From Bacteroidales bacterium UBA4230 (GTDB taxonomy: Bacteria; Bacteroidota; Bacteroidia; Bacteroidales; UBA932): DNA of 63,460 nucleotides. The translations under genes and the position numbers were made by a program. The DNA lies in assembly GCA_002395605.1 (NCBI GenBank), contig DGXO01000034.1, positions 1 through 63,460 on the forward strand, written 5' to 3'. The notes under the pieces were generated by a model that saw nothing but the letters and a program-made list of their open reading frames with translations, was not told the DNA's origin and ran no database searches. This document shows, piece by piece, positions 27,879 to 37,850 of the stretch (position 1 is the stretch's first letter; each line of letters starts with the position of its first letter).

Positions 27879-30062
27879 ATGAAACAGGGATTTACACTTT
27901 TTTTGACGGCACTCTCACTTGCCCTCGCAACACCTTCAACTGCACAGACCATAACCCGGCTTGAAGACGGATGGAAGTTCGCCTTCGGCAATGCCGCAGA
28001 TCCCGGAAAGGACTGGGGGGCAGGCACGGAGTACTTCAACTACCTCACCAAGGCCCATTCCATCCACAATGAAGGCCCCTACACTGAGACCTTCAACGAC
28101 AGCTCCTGGCAGGAAGTCTCCATCCCCCACGACTGGGTAACCTCCCTACCCTGCGATTCCCTGGCCAGCCACTCCCACGGCTACAAGACCGTAGGCTGGG
28201 AATACCCTGAGACCAGCGTTGGATGGTACCGTAAATCCCTAAGTTTCGGCAAAGGGCAGGAAGGCCGCCATTTCACCATAAGGCTTGAAGGAGTTTTCCG
28301 CAATGCAAGCGTCTGGTTCAACGGCATTTACATGGGCACGGAGCCAAGCGGATACGCCACTCAGACCTACGACATCACCCCCTACATAGACTTCAACGGC
28401 GGCCCCAACGTCCTTACCGTACGGGCCGATGCCACCCTTGAAGAAGGCTGGTTCTACGAAGGCGCCGGCATCTACCGCAACGCCTATCTCATTGAAACAA
28501 AGGGCTCTTACGTGCCCGCAGGCAGTTTCTGGGCCAGCTGGGACGGCTCCAAAGTCACCATCCACTCTGAAATCCCGGAAGCCACCCACCGCATCCTTGA
28601 CAAAGAAGGCAATGAAATGACCGAGCCTCACCTCTGGAGCCCTGAAGACCCTTATCTCTATACGCTGGAATCAACTGTGGGAGAGGACGTTTACCGCACA
28701 AGCATCGGCCTCAGGACCGTTGAATGGAACGCCCAGGAAGGCTTCCTTCTCAACGGCAAAAAGCTCACCCTCAAAGGCGTAAACCTGCACCAGGACCACG
28801 CCGGGGTTGGCGCCGCCATGCCGGACGAACTCATAGAGTGGCGCGTGAAGGAACTTAAGAAGCTGGGCGTCAACGCCATCCGCTGTTCCCACAACCCGGC
28901 CTCACCCGCCCTTCTTGACATCTGCGACCGCGAGGGCATCCTCCTCATAGACGAAAACCGCCTCATGGGCGTGAACGCTCACCACCGCCGCCTCCTTGAA
29001 AACATGGTCATGGAAGGCCGGTCCCACCCATGCGTCATTCTCTGGAGCGTAGGCAACGAAGAATGGGGCCTGGAAAACGATGTAAGGGGCATAAAGATAG
29101 TGAAGGAAATGCAGGAGTATGTCAGGAGCCTTGATCCCACAAGAAGGACAACCGCTGCAAACGCCGGCGGCGGCACCCTCATTGAGGGCCTGGACATCCA
29201 CGGCTACAACTACATAATCCAAAACGACGTTGACGGCCGCCACGCACGCCACCCCGAATGGATAATCTACGGCTCCGAGGAAACCACCGGCTGCGGCACG
29301 CGCAGCATCTACAAGGCCGAAAATGGCAGGATGCCCGCCATCAACCGCACAGAAGAGCCGGAGAATGTCATTGAGCGCGGCTGGAAATTCTACGCAGAGC
29401 GTCCCTGGACCGGAGGCGTGTTCTTCTGGACGGGCTTCGACTACCGCGGAGAGCCCAATCCGCTCAAGTATCCCGCAACGCTCTCAGAATTCGGCATACT
29501 GGACTACTGCGGCTTCCCTAAAGACGAAGCCTGGTACCTGAGGTCATGGTGGACTGGCGAGCCCACCATCCACATCTGCGGCGCCACCAAAGATATCTGG
29601 GTTTATTCCAACTGCGACGAAGTACAGCTCAACGTTAACGGAAAGAACCTCGGCCGAAAGAAAATGCCCCGTAACGGCCATCTCACATGGGAAAACGCCT
29701 ACTCAAAAGGCCGGATCAAGGCTACCGGCTGCATTAAAGGCCGAAAGGTGGCAACGGACATCATTGAGCCCACCGGCCCCGCCACAACCGTAGAAGTCAC
29801 CTCTGATAGAATCGGCCGCCTGCAGGTTTATACCCTCACCGCCAAAGATGCCAAGGGCCGCACCGTCCCTGACGGCAATGTGGCCGTACAGGTATCCCTC
29901 AATGGCCCCGGCCGCATAATAGGCTTCGGCAACGGAGACCCCGCCGGCAGCGAAAATGAGCAGAGCGCAGACGGAAAAACCTGCACCCTCACCACATTTG
30001 GCGGCTTGGCGCAGGTCCTAGTCCTTGGAGAAGGCTCCCTTACTGTGACTCCAGCACTTTAA
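27879..30062 (+). CDS. GH2 beta-galactosidase-like glycosidase
   Basis: WFYEGAGIYR, GVNLHQDHAGVG, IRCSHNP, WSVGNEE, GSEE, WTGFDYRGEP. Confidence 0.92.
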   Translation: MKQGFTLFLTALSLALATPSTAQTITRLEDGWKFAFGNAADPGKDWGAGTEYFNYLTKAHSIHNEGPYTETFNDSSWQEVSIPHDWVTSLPCDSLASHSHGYKTVGWEYPETSVGWYRKSLSFGKGQEGRHFTIRLEGVFRNASVWFNGIYMGTEPSGYATQTYDITPYIDFNGGPNVLTVRADATLEEGWFYEGAGIYRNAYLIETKGSYVPAGSFWASWDGSKVTIHSEIPEATHRILDKEGNEMTEPHLWSPEDPYLYTLESTVGEDVYRTSIGLRTVEWNAQEGFLLNGKKLTLKGVNLHQDHAGVGAAMPDELIEWRVKELKKLGVNAIRCSHNPASPALLDICDREGILLIDENRLMGVNAHHRRLLENMVMEGRSHPCVILWSVGNEEWGLENDVRGIKIVKEMQEYVRSLDPTRRTTAANAGGGTLIEGLDIHGYNYIIQNDVDGRHARHPEWIIYGSEETTGCGTRSIYKAENGRMPAINRTEEPENVIERGWKFYAERPWTGGVFFWTGFDYRGEPNPLKYPATLSEFGILDYCGFPKDEAWYLRSWWTGEPTIHICGATKDIWVYSNCDEVQLNVNGKNLGRKKMPRNGHLTWENAYSKGRIKATGCIKGRKVATDIIEPTGPATTVEVTSDRIGRLQVYTLTAKDAKGRTVPDGNVAVQVSLNGPGRIIGFGNGDPAGSENEQSADGKTCTLTTFGGLAQVLVLGEGSLTVTPAL

Positions 30063-31221
30063 GTGCCTCAAGGCACATGCGGGAGTTGTGGTAGGGGCAC
30101 TTCCAGAAGCCGGCCTTGGGGTTGGCGCGGTCAATTGAGCCGTCCGGGAGGATGGCCCACCACCATTCGCCGCCTTCAAAGTCCACAAGCTTTTCACGGA
30201 TGTAGTCCCAGGTGCGCATGGCAGTATCGTAGGCCGAAGTCACGCCGTGGTACTTCCACAGCCAGAGGTTGCCCACAACGGTTTCGGCCTGGACCCACCA
30301 CTGGCGGGAGTCGTCGAATGTGCCGTCCGTGAACTTCTCATAACGCATTGAGCCGTCCGGGAGGAGGCCTTCGTTGCCGGCAATGCCAAGCCGCAGCGCA
30401 TAAGGCTTTACAAAACCTATAACCTTCTCATCCCCAATGGCTTCTGCACATTCCAGCATAAGCCATGAGGTCTCGATGTCATGGCCATAGGAAACCGCGC
30501 CGGGAATCACCGTCCAGTCATTCTTGAAATACAGCTGAAGATGCCCGTCCGGGGCCATCACCTTTCGACATATAATGTCTAGAAGGCTTACCACGGCCTC
30601 CCTGAGCTCAGGATCCGGCCACACCCTGTAAAGGTTTGCGAATGCCTCCAGGATGTGAAGGTGGGAGTTCATAGTTTTGTCCGCGTTGATGTCATGGGCC
30701 GAAAGCGACATGTCCTCAAGTGGCGAAAAATTCCGGGCCAGAGCCTCTGTGTATCCGCCATTCCGGCGGTCTGCGAAATGCCGCTGACATACCCTGAAAA
30801 GCTCTATGGCCGCTTCCAGGGCCTCCTTGTCGCCGCATGCACGCACAAGCTCCGACAATCCGTAGATTGCAAACCCTTGGGAATAAAGCTGTTTCTTGCT
30901 CTCAAGGGGCTCTCCGGATGCCGACACGCTCCAGTACACCCCTCCGTTTTCGTGGTCCACGAAATTCTTCAGGAACCACTCCTTCGCCCAGAGCGCAGCA
31001 TCCAGGTATTCCTTATTGCCCAAAGCCCTGTAGGCCGCAGCAAACGCCCAGATTATACGGGCATTAAGGATAACGCCCCTGGGCGCATTCTTGATCACAT
31101 CACCGTTTGAGAAGACCTCTCCATAGAAGCCTCCCTCCGGATCACGGAGTTTTAACCAATACTGCAGGATGTTCTCCTGCAGTATTGATTTGAATTCACT
31201 TAAATGTTGGGTGTTTCCCAT
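30040..31221 (-). CDS. AGE-family cellobiose/mannobiose 2-epimerase
   Basis: LNARIIW, KTMNSHLHILE, SYGHDIE, WWVQAE, WKCPYHNSR. Confidence 0.93.
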   Translation of the reverse strand: MGNTQHLSEFKSILQENILQYWLKLRDPEGGFYGEVFSNGDVIKNAPRGVILNARIIWAFAAAYRALGNKEYLDAALWAKEWFLKNFVDHENGGVYWSVSASGEPLESKKQLYSQGFAIYGLSELVRACGDKEALEAAIELFRVCQRHFADRRNGGYTEALARNFSPLEDMSLSAHDINADKTMNSHLHILEAFANLYRVWPDPELREAVVSLLDIICRKVMAPDGHLQLYFKNDWTVIPGAVSYGHDIETSWLMLECAEAIGDEKVIGFVKPYALRLGIAGNEGLLPDGSMRYEKFTDGTFDDSRQWWVQAETVVGNLWLWKYHGVTSAYDTAMRTWDYIREKLVDFEGGEWWWAILPDGSIDRANPKAGFWKCPYHNSRMCLEALKVLESQ

Positions 31222-33515
31222 ACTTTTGTTTCTGTGCAGTTAACCATTACGCCAAGGCCGCCGCAGGAGATGCGGAAGTCGCCTTTTTCAAGGCGCCAGC
31301 GGCCGTCGGTACCAACAAATGCAAGGGCCGAAGCCGGGAGCCGGAACTCCACGGTCTTTGTTTCACCGGGCTCCAGGGCCACTTTCTCGAAGCCGCGAAG
31401 ACGCTTCACGTCAGGGATGAGGGATGCCACAAGGTCCGAGCTGTAAAGAAGCACGGCCTCCTTGCCGGCGCGGTCTCCAACGTTCTTCACGTCTACAGTG
31501 ACTTTCAGGACGTCTGATGCTGTGAAATGAGATTCTTCGCTTCGCTCAGAATGACAACGTAAATTGCCATACTCGAACTTAGTATAGCTGAGGCCGAAGC
31601 CGAAAGGCCACTGGACATCCATGACGGCGTCGTAGTTGTAGGAGCCTTCCATGGTCTCACGGTGCTCTGACACCTTGTAGTCATAAGTGTGCAGGGCGTT
31701 GATGTGCTTGGAGTATGTGAACGGGAGCTTTCCGGAGAAATTCTCGTCGCCGGAAAGAAGTGCCGCAAGGGCGTCTCCGCCGAAGTTGGAGGGCAGCATC
31801 ACGTCCACAACGGCCTTAGCAAGGGGTTCTATATCCCCGATGAGGCGGGGACGGCCCTCGTTAAGCACCAGGATAACGGGCTTACCGGTAGAGGCGGCAG
31901 CCTTCACAAGCTCTTTCTGATTGGCGCTGAGATTGAGGTCGTCCATATTGCCGGGAGTCTCGCAGTAGGTGTTTTCACCAACGCAGCACACAATGACGTC
32001 TGAACTGCGGCCTACGTTCACCACCTGCTGGAGGCTGGCCACAACGTCCTTCTGCCAGTCAGCGCCGTCATACACTACTCCGGGGACCCAGGTCACCTTG
32101 CCGGGGAACCTGTTCTCAAGGGCTTCCTTGATGGTGTTGTACTGAGGCACATAGTCGTCGGCCGAACCCTGCCAGGTGTAGCTCCAGCCGCCGTTGAGGG
32201 TGCGCATGGAGTTGGCGTTGGGGCCGCATACAAGGATGCGCTCGGTGCCTTTAAGAGGCAGCACGCCGTCGTTCTTGAGAAGGACCTCGGACTCCAGGGC
32301 CGCCCTGTAAGACTCCTGGGCGAACCTCTCCGAAGCGAACTCCGGATACTCGTGCTCCCAGAGCGGATTGTTGAACAGTCCAAGGCGTACCTTCAGGCGA
32401 AGCACGCGGCGAACGGCGTCGTCAAGGCGCTCCTTAGAAATGAGCCCTTCATTTACGGCCTCAATGATTGCGGTGCAGCACTCGGGGCTGTACGGGTCCA
32501 TGATCATGTCTATGCCGGCGTTGATGCCCATCGCCACGGCCTCTTTCTTGTCTGCGGCAACGTGGTCGCGCTGGAAGAGGTTGTCAATGTCGGCCCAGTC
32601 CGTTACAAACAAGCCGTCCCATCCAAGCTCATCCTTCACCCAGCCGCTCAGAAGCACTGCGTTGGCGTGGGTGGGGATGCCGTTGACAGAGGCCGAATTC
32701 ACCATGGCGGTGAGGGCGCCTGCGCGGAAGCACTCCAGGAACGGAGCGAAGAACTTCTCCCTGAGGTCGTTTTCGGCAATGATGGCAGGGGTGCGGTCCT
32801 TGCCGGTTACAGGAACGCCGTAGCCCATGAAATGCTTGATGGAAACGGCAACGTGCTCAAGGTCAATGTGATTGGGGTCTTCGCCCTGAAGGGCAAGAGT
32901 CTCCTCTCGGGCCATTTCGGCCTGGAGGTAAGGATCCTCGCCGAAGCTTTCCCAAATGCGGGGCCAGCGGGGATCGCGGCCAAGGTCCATTACCGGGGAG
33001 AACACCCACGGAACACCCGCCGCACGGGTCTCATAAGCCATGGCATGGCCCATCTGACGGGCAAACTCACGGTTGAAAGTTGCGCCAAGGTTAATCTCCT
33101 GGGGATACAGGGAGCCTTCCGTAAGATAGGATGCGCCGTGTATCATATCAAGGCCGTAGATGCAGGGGATGCCTATTGCCTCCATGGATTTTTCCTGGAT
33201 CTGACGCACCATCTCTGCGGTTTCGGCCCTGGAGTGAGCCCTGTCATGCATCACATTGAGAATGGAGCCCACCTTGTATTCACCTATGATCTTGTCAAGT
33301 TTGGCGGGGTCAAGGGCCTCGCGGGTTTCGTCCTCAAGGACGGAGATGTTAAGCTGCACAAGCTGGCCGGCCTTTTCTTCAAGGCTCATTCCGGCAAGGA
33401 CTTTCTCTACCTTTGCCTCTACGGCTTTGTCCTGAGGAATTGCCCTCTGGGCCTTGGGAGAGCCGCAGGCTACAACGCAAAGAGCTGCGCTCAACACAAT
33501 CAACAATCTTTTCAT
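31200..33515 (-). CDS. GH3 beta-glucosidase
   Basis: YGLDMIHG, RDPRWPRIWESFGED, KHFMGY, VTDW, FGFGLSYT. Confidence 0.95.
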   Translation of the reverse strand: MKRLLIVLSAALCVVACGSPKAQRAIPQDKAVEAKVEKVLAGMSLEEKAGQLVQLNISVLEDETREALDPAKLDKIIGEYKVGSILNVMHDRAHSRAETAEMVRQIQEKSMEAIGIPCIYGLDMIHGASYLTEGSLYPQEINLGATFNREFARQMGHAMAYETRAAGVPWVFSPVMDLGRDPRWPRIWESFGEDPYLQAEMAREETLALQGEDPNHIDLEHVAVSIKHFMGYGVPVTGKDRTPAIIAENDLREKFFAPFLECFRAGALTAMVNSASVNGIPTHANAVLLSGWVKDELGWDGLFVTDWADIDNLFQRDHVAADKKEAVAMGINAGIDMIMDPYSPECCTAIIEAVNEGLISKERLDDAVRRVLRLKVRLGLFNNPLWEHEYPEFASERFAQESYRAALESEVLLKNDGVLPLKGTERILVCGPNANSMRTLNGGWSYTWQGSADDYVPQYNTIKEALENRFPGKVTWVPGVVYDGADWQKDVVASLQQVVNVGRSSDVIVCCVGENTYCETPGNMDDLNLSANQKELVKAAASTGKPVILVLNEGRPRLIGDIEPLAKAVVDVMLPSNFGGDALAALLSGDENFSGKLPFTYSKHINALHTYDYKVSEHRETMEGSYNYDAVMDVQWPFGFGLSYTKFEYGNLRCHSERSEESHFTASDVLKVTVDVKNVGDRAGKEAVLLYSSDLVASLIPDVKRLRGFEKVALEPGETKTVEFRLPASALAFVGTDGRWRLEKGDFRISCGGLGVMVNCTETKVWETPNI
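31530..31556 (-). repeat. Single REP palindrome inside the GH3 coding sequence
   Basis: Minus strand TGTCATTCTGAGCGAAGCGAAGAATCT, translated CHSERSEES. Confidence 0.85.
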
Positions 33516-33534
33516 ATAACAGGTTTTAATATAG

Positions 33535-36315
33535 TCAAAGCTTTATTTCCACATCCTTAGTTCCATCGTACTCCACGGAGGCCACGCCTTCGGCATCCGG
33601 ATCCCAAGCAAAAGGATGGGACTCCGAGCACACCGCTATCCTGAACCTGCGGTCACGGACCATTCCGGGGAAACCGCCATCGCGCTTCCTGATGGTGAGT
33701 TTCCTTTCCCCATCATTCCAGTCAAAGGCAATCTTGGAGCACTCTCCCCTCTCATAGCCGTAGGTAAGGCCGTCGTCCTCATAGAGGGTGAAGGAGGCAT
33801 CGGCCCCGGCGTAAACCACAATGAGAAGGTTGTCCGGGCGTTTTTCGCCGGTCCACTCAATCTCCGGGCCCACGGGGATTATGCTTCCGCCACGCACATA
33901 CAGCGGCATGCGGCTGTAGGGGGCGTCTACGGTAATTCGGCCGCCCACAGATGCCCGATCGGGGTCGGGAATGACGGTGTTTCCGTCATTCCCGGCTTGA
34001 CCGGGAATCTTACCGGTATAGAAGTCGTACCAAGTTCCCTCCGGGAAGTATACGCTGCGGCTGCGGGCCTTGTACTCATACACCGGGCAGGGCATGAGTG
34101 CCGGGCCGAAGAACCACTGGTCACTTAGGTATGAAACTTCCGGATCATGAGGGTAATCCATGGCAAGGCCCCTCATCATGGTGTAGCCGTCATAGTTCAC
34201 GGCACCGGCGAGGGAATAAATGTAAGGCATGAGCCTGTAACGAAGGCGCATGTAGTAAAGGATGCTCTCATAGGCCTCGGAGCCTTCCGGGGCGATATTC
34301 CAGAGTTCTCTACGGGGCCACTGGCCGTGAGCGCGGAACAGCGGTACAAAGGCGCCAAACTGGTGCCAACGGGTCTGCAGTTCCTGCCATTCGGCCTCGG
34401 CGGCCTTGGAGTAGAACTTGCTCATTACGGAGAATCCGCCAATGTCCATGCCCCAGAACGGAAGGCCGCTCATGGAGTAGCCAAGGCCCGCGGCCATCTG
34501 CATCCTCATGTCGGTCCAGGAGGTGCCGATATCTCCGCTCCAAGTGGCCGTAGAATAGCGCTGAAGGCCGGAGAAGCCGTTACGGGTAAGGAGGAACACG
34601 CGTTTGTCGGGGTCTACGCCGCGCTGGCCTTCATAGATGGCCTGGGCGTTTACAAGGGCATAGGCGTTGAAATATTCGGTGGCAGAGCCAAGGGCGTTTG
34701 GCGTAAGCAGCCACTTCATGTAGTCCAGCGGCAGGCAGTCCCTGAGGTTGGGCTCGGAGGCGTCCATCCACCAGGCATCGATCTTTCGGCCGAAACGGGT
34801 GTACAGGGACTCGTCCATCTGCCTCCAGAACATCTTTCGGCCTCCATCTGCGTAGGCGTCATAGAAAGACTGAAGATGGCCAAGCCAGTCACGAAGGCTG
34901 TCGGCTTCCGGATGGGTATATGCATAGCCAGCCTCTTTAAGCTCTTTGTAATGGTCTGTATTGGTGTAGAACTTGGGCCAGACGGAAATCATGAAACGGC
35001 CGTGCATTGCGTGTACGGAGTCAAGCATGGCCTCGGGGGCAGGATAGCGGGTGCTGTCAAACTCATGACTTCCCCACTGGTCGGCTTCCCAGTACTGCCA
35101 GTCCTGGACAATATTGTCTACGGGAATGTGGCGGCGACGGAGCTCCCTCAGAGCCTCCACAAGCTCATCCTGAGTGGAATAGCGCTCACGGCTCTGCCAG
35201 AATCCAAGGGCCCACTGGGGAATCACGGAGGCCTTTCCGGTGAGGCTGCGGTAAGCCTTTATGACATCGTCCATGGAATCCCCTGCCATAACGTAGTAGT
35301 CGGCAAAAGGTTCGGCCTCGCTCCAGAAGGTAAGGCGGTCTTCAACGGCACCTGCCGGAAGGGCCCTGAGGCCTATGTAGGACACGTCTCCGTCCGGTTC
35401 CCACTCAATCTTGACGGGCGTGGGGACGCCCTTTTCCAGATGGACTGTGAACTTGTAGCTGTTTGGATTCCAGGCCGGACGCCAGCGGCGGCTCATGACT
35501 TCCTCTCCGCCTATTTCCGTCCTTTGGAAGCCGGCATAATACTGTATGAAGTGGTAGTCTCCGCTCTCCGGAGCAGTGATTGTGCCTTCATAGGTTACGG
35601 CAGCTCCGTTAAGGGGAACATCGGGGAGATTCTTTATAGCCCACTCGTTCTCATAGTAGAGGCTGTCTTCCTTTTGGACAAGTTCGGCTCCGTCCTTAGT
35701 GCGGTAAGTACCTTTAAGGTCCAGGCCGAACACCTCTCCAAGCTGCCTGTAGGGCTGGTCCGTGCCCCATCGGCTTAGGGAATAGGCGTCAAAGAGAATG
35801 CCGTATCCTTTGTTGGAGACCACCATGGGAACGCTCACCTTGGTGTTGTACTGGTAAAGTACTTCCGGAAGACCGCGGTGGTCCAGTTCTCCGGCCTGGT
35901 GCTGTCCAAGGCCGTAGTAGGATTCTCCGCGGGCGCTTTCATAACTTACCGTAGTGCTCCAAAGCCCGCTTTCGGGGGCCTTGGCAAAGGCGGTACGGCC
36001 ACCTGCGAGGATTGGCGTTCCGTCGGCCTTGAAAAAGCTTATCGTGCTGTCTTTGAGAGACACTTTGAGGGCCGAAGTTGTGAGGGTGCTACCGTCAAAC
36101 TTGTAGTCCGTGCAGCCGTCCTGCGGAAGCACCACAAGGCTTTCCCTGTCCTTGAACTCCCCTTCGGGAACGGCGCTTACGCGGATAATTTCAGGGCTCA
36201 CCACTTCAAGACGGAGCTTGTAGCCGTCAAATGGCACTGTGAAACTGTTCTTCTTGCCGCAGGAGATGACGGCAAGAAGAACCAGGGCAAGGCAGGCGTT
36301 TTTCTTAACTTTCAT
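33535..36315 (-). CDS. GH31 alpha-xylosidase-like enzyme with a PA14 insert
   Basis: GFWQSRERY, IVQDWQYW, WWMDASEP, WSGDI, FRAHG; PA14-like segment WRPAWNPNSYKF. Confidence 0.9.
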   Translation of the reverse strand: MKVKKNACLALVLLAVISCGKKNSFTVPFDGYKLRLEVVSPEIIRVSAVPEGEFKDRESLVVLPQDGCTDYKFDGSTLTTSALKVSLKDSTISFFKADGTPILAGGRTAFAKAPESGLWSTTVSYESARGESYYGLGQHQAGELDHRGLPEVLYQYNTKVSVPMVVSNKGYGILFDAYSLSRWGTDQPYRQLGEVFGLDLKGTYRTKDGAELVQKEDSLYYENEWAIKNLPDVPLNGAAVTYEGTITAPESGDYHFIQYYAGFQRTEIGGEEVMSRRWRPAWNPNSYKFTVHLEKGVPTPVKIEWEPDGDVSYIGLRALPAGAVEDRLTFWSEAEPFADYYVMAGDSMDDVIKAYRSLTGKASVIPQWALGFWQSRERYSTQDELVEALRELRRRHIPVDNIVQDWQYWEADQWGSHEFDSTRYPAPEAMLDSVHAMHGRFMISVWPKFYTNTDHYKELKEAGYAYTHPEADSLRDWLGHLQSFYDAYADGGRKMFWRQMDESLYTRFGRKIDAWWMDASEPNLRDCLPLDYMKWLLTPNALGSATEYFNAYALVNAQAIYEGQRGVDPDKRVFLLTRNGFSGLQRYSTATWSGDIGTSWTDMRMQMAAGLGYSMSGLPFWGMDIGGFSVMSKFYSKAAEAEWQELQTRWHQFGAFVPLFRAHGQWPRRELWNIAPEGSEAYESILYYMRLRYRLMPYIYSLAGAVNYDGYTMMRGLAMDYPHDPEVSYLSDQWFFGPALMPCPVYEYKARSRSVYFPEGTWYDFYTGKIPGQAGNDGNTVIPDPDRASVGGRITVDAPYSRMPLYVRGGSIIPVGPEIEWTGEKRPDNLLIVVYAGADASFTLYEDDGLTYGYERGECSKIAFDWNDGERKLTIRKRDGGFPGMVRDRRFRIAVCSESHPFAWDPDAEGVASVEYDGTKDVEIKL
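33949..34010. repeat. Inverted pair of CGTC-tagged REP palindromes inside the GH31 coding sequence
   Basis: AGATGCCCGATCGGGGTCGGGAATGACG ... CGTCATTCCCGGCTTGACCGGGAATCT, translated KIPGQAGNDGNTVIPDPDRAS. Confidence 0.88.
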
Positions 36316-36317
36316 AA

Positions 36318-37772
36318 TCAATATTCCCAGTCATCTGAACGGAATGGCGGAACGGGGATGCCGCTGCTCTTCGCAAGGTTTGCGCCCATCCAGTTACGGA
36401 AGCCGTAGCGCACGGCAACGGGCTTTGCGACCTCCGGGCAGCGCACTATTATGGTCTCCCCGTCCCAGTCTATTTCGGCCTTGGCAAGGTGGAATTCACG
36501 GTCTTCTCCGGCAAGTTCAAAGCCCACCACATCACGGGAAGAAATGGAACCGAGGTTGCTCCAGACATTGGTAAGGCGTACCTTCACGGTGCCGTCTTCC
36601 TCTACGTTCCACTCTTTGAGGCGAGCCGGTTCAATGGAAATGCCGGTAGGGATGCCGTACACGTTCTGAAGGGCGGTAAGTTCCATCATGTCGGCAACCT
36701 CCTTTTTTTGTGAAGGATGCACTGTAACCTTGTTGCCAAGGGTTTCGGTGCACACATACCATGCGTTTGATGTCATTGAGGCCATCCTCATCTGGGCCTC
36801 AACAAAGTGGGGACGCCAGCGGCCGTAAGCATCGCCGTGATCATAGGGCGCAAGAAGGACGTAGATGAAAGGCATGTCGCCGCGGCCCCAGGAGTCTCTC
36901 CAGAGCTGAAGCATGGATGCCTGAAGTTTGTCGTAGCAGCCCGGCTGACCCATGTTGGAGCATCCCTGATACCACAGGAAGCCCTTTGCGGCATAACCCA
37001 CAATGGGAAGTACACGGCCGTTCCAGATAAGTTCCGGAGTCTCCGGCCAGCGGTCTGGCTGTTCCTTGACGGAGTAGAGCTCGTCAAGCTCCTTCTGGGT
37101 AAGTCCTGCACGGTTAATGGCTTCACGCGTCATCCAGGGCTCTATCCGGCTTCCGCCCCAGGCATTTACTATGATACCTACCGGAATACCAAGGTTATTT
37201 GACAGCCTTTTTGCAAAGAAATATCCCACGGCCGAAGTACGTGACACCACGTCTCCGGTAGAGTAAGTCCACTTTGCATCCACATCCTTTTGCGGCTCCG
37301 TGCACTTTGGAGCCTTGATATCGAACACGCGGATCTGTTTTGCGGTTTCGGCAGCCTCCAGGATAGCTTCTGTAGCGCCTTCAACTTCCTGAAAACCAAA
37401 GCCGCCAATGGGCATCTCCATGTTGGACTGGCCGGAGCAAATCCAGACCTCGCCAAGGGAGACGTCACTTACGGCAAGCTTTTCTTTACCGCTTTTTACG
37501 GTAATGGTATAGCCGCAGCCTGCTTCCCCTGTTGTCACATTCACTCGCCAGGAGCCGTCATGCGCCACCTTGGTCTTGAAGGTTTTGCCGTTCCAGGAGG
37601 TTTTAACGGTTACTGTTTTGCCGGCTTCTCCCCAGCCCCACACAGGAGTGGTGGTCTCACGCTGCAAAACGGCGTGATCAGTGAAAAGATGGGACAGCTG
37701 CAGAGTCTGTGCATTCAACGCCGCGCTCAGGAAGAGGAGCGCCGCCACGCAGCGTGGACGTAAATTACTCAT
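36318..37772 (-). CDS. Sialate O-acetylesterase-family (SGNH) acetylesterase
   Basis: GEVWICSGQSNM, WGGSRIEPW, LWYQG, VHP; start at 37772 gives a signal peptide. Confidence 0.88.
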   Translation of the reverse strand: MSNLRPRCVAALLFLSAALNAQTLQLSHLFTDHAVLQRETTTPVWGWGEAGKTVTVKTSWNGKTFKTKVAHDGSWRVNVTTGEAGCGYTITVKSGKEKLAVSDVSLGEVWICSGQSNMEMPIGGFGFQEVEGATEAILEAAETAKQIRVFDIKAPKCTEPQKDVDAKWTYSTGDVVSRTSAVGYFFAKRLSNNLGIPVGIIVNAWGGSRIEPWMTREAINRAGLTQKELDELYSVKEQPDRWPETPELIWNGRVLPIVGYAAKGFLWYQGCSNMGQPGCYDKLQASMLQLWRDSWGRGDMPFIYVLLAPYDHGDAYGRWRPHFVEAQMRMASMTSNAWYVCTETLGNKVTVHPSQKKEVADMMELTALQNVYGIPTGISIEPARLKEWNVEEDGTVKVRLTNVWSNLGSISSRDVVGFELAGEDREFHLAKAEIDWDGETIIVRCPEVAKPVAVRYGFRNWMGANLAKSSGIPVPPFRSDDWEY

Positions 37773-37850
37773 TGTTAATTCTTTATGCATTTTAGGGTGC
37801 CGAAAAACAAGCACCCTCTTTTAATTAACTCACTTATATTCAATTACTTG
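37761..37850. repeat. 90-bp box-dyad-box element, copy E5
   Basis: Boxes TAAATTACTCATTGTTAATTCTTTA (37761) and TAACTCACTTATATTCAATTACTTG (37826); centred dyad AGGGTGC-N10-GCACCCT. Confidence 0.8.

Noticed and set aside
32352-35778. Long plus-strand ORFs 32352..33560 and 34147..35778 (also 52512..53723 and 50718..51791)
   Set aside because: Antisense shadows of well-supported genes, expected with GC-rich codon bias; no recognisable motifs.
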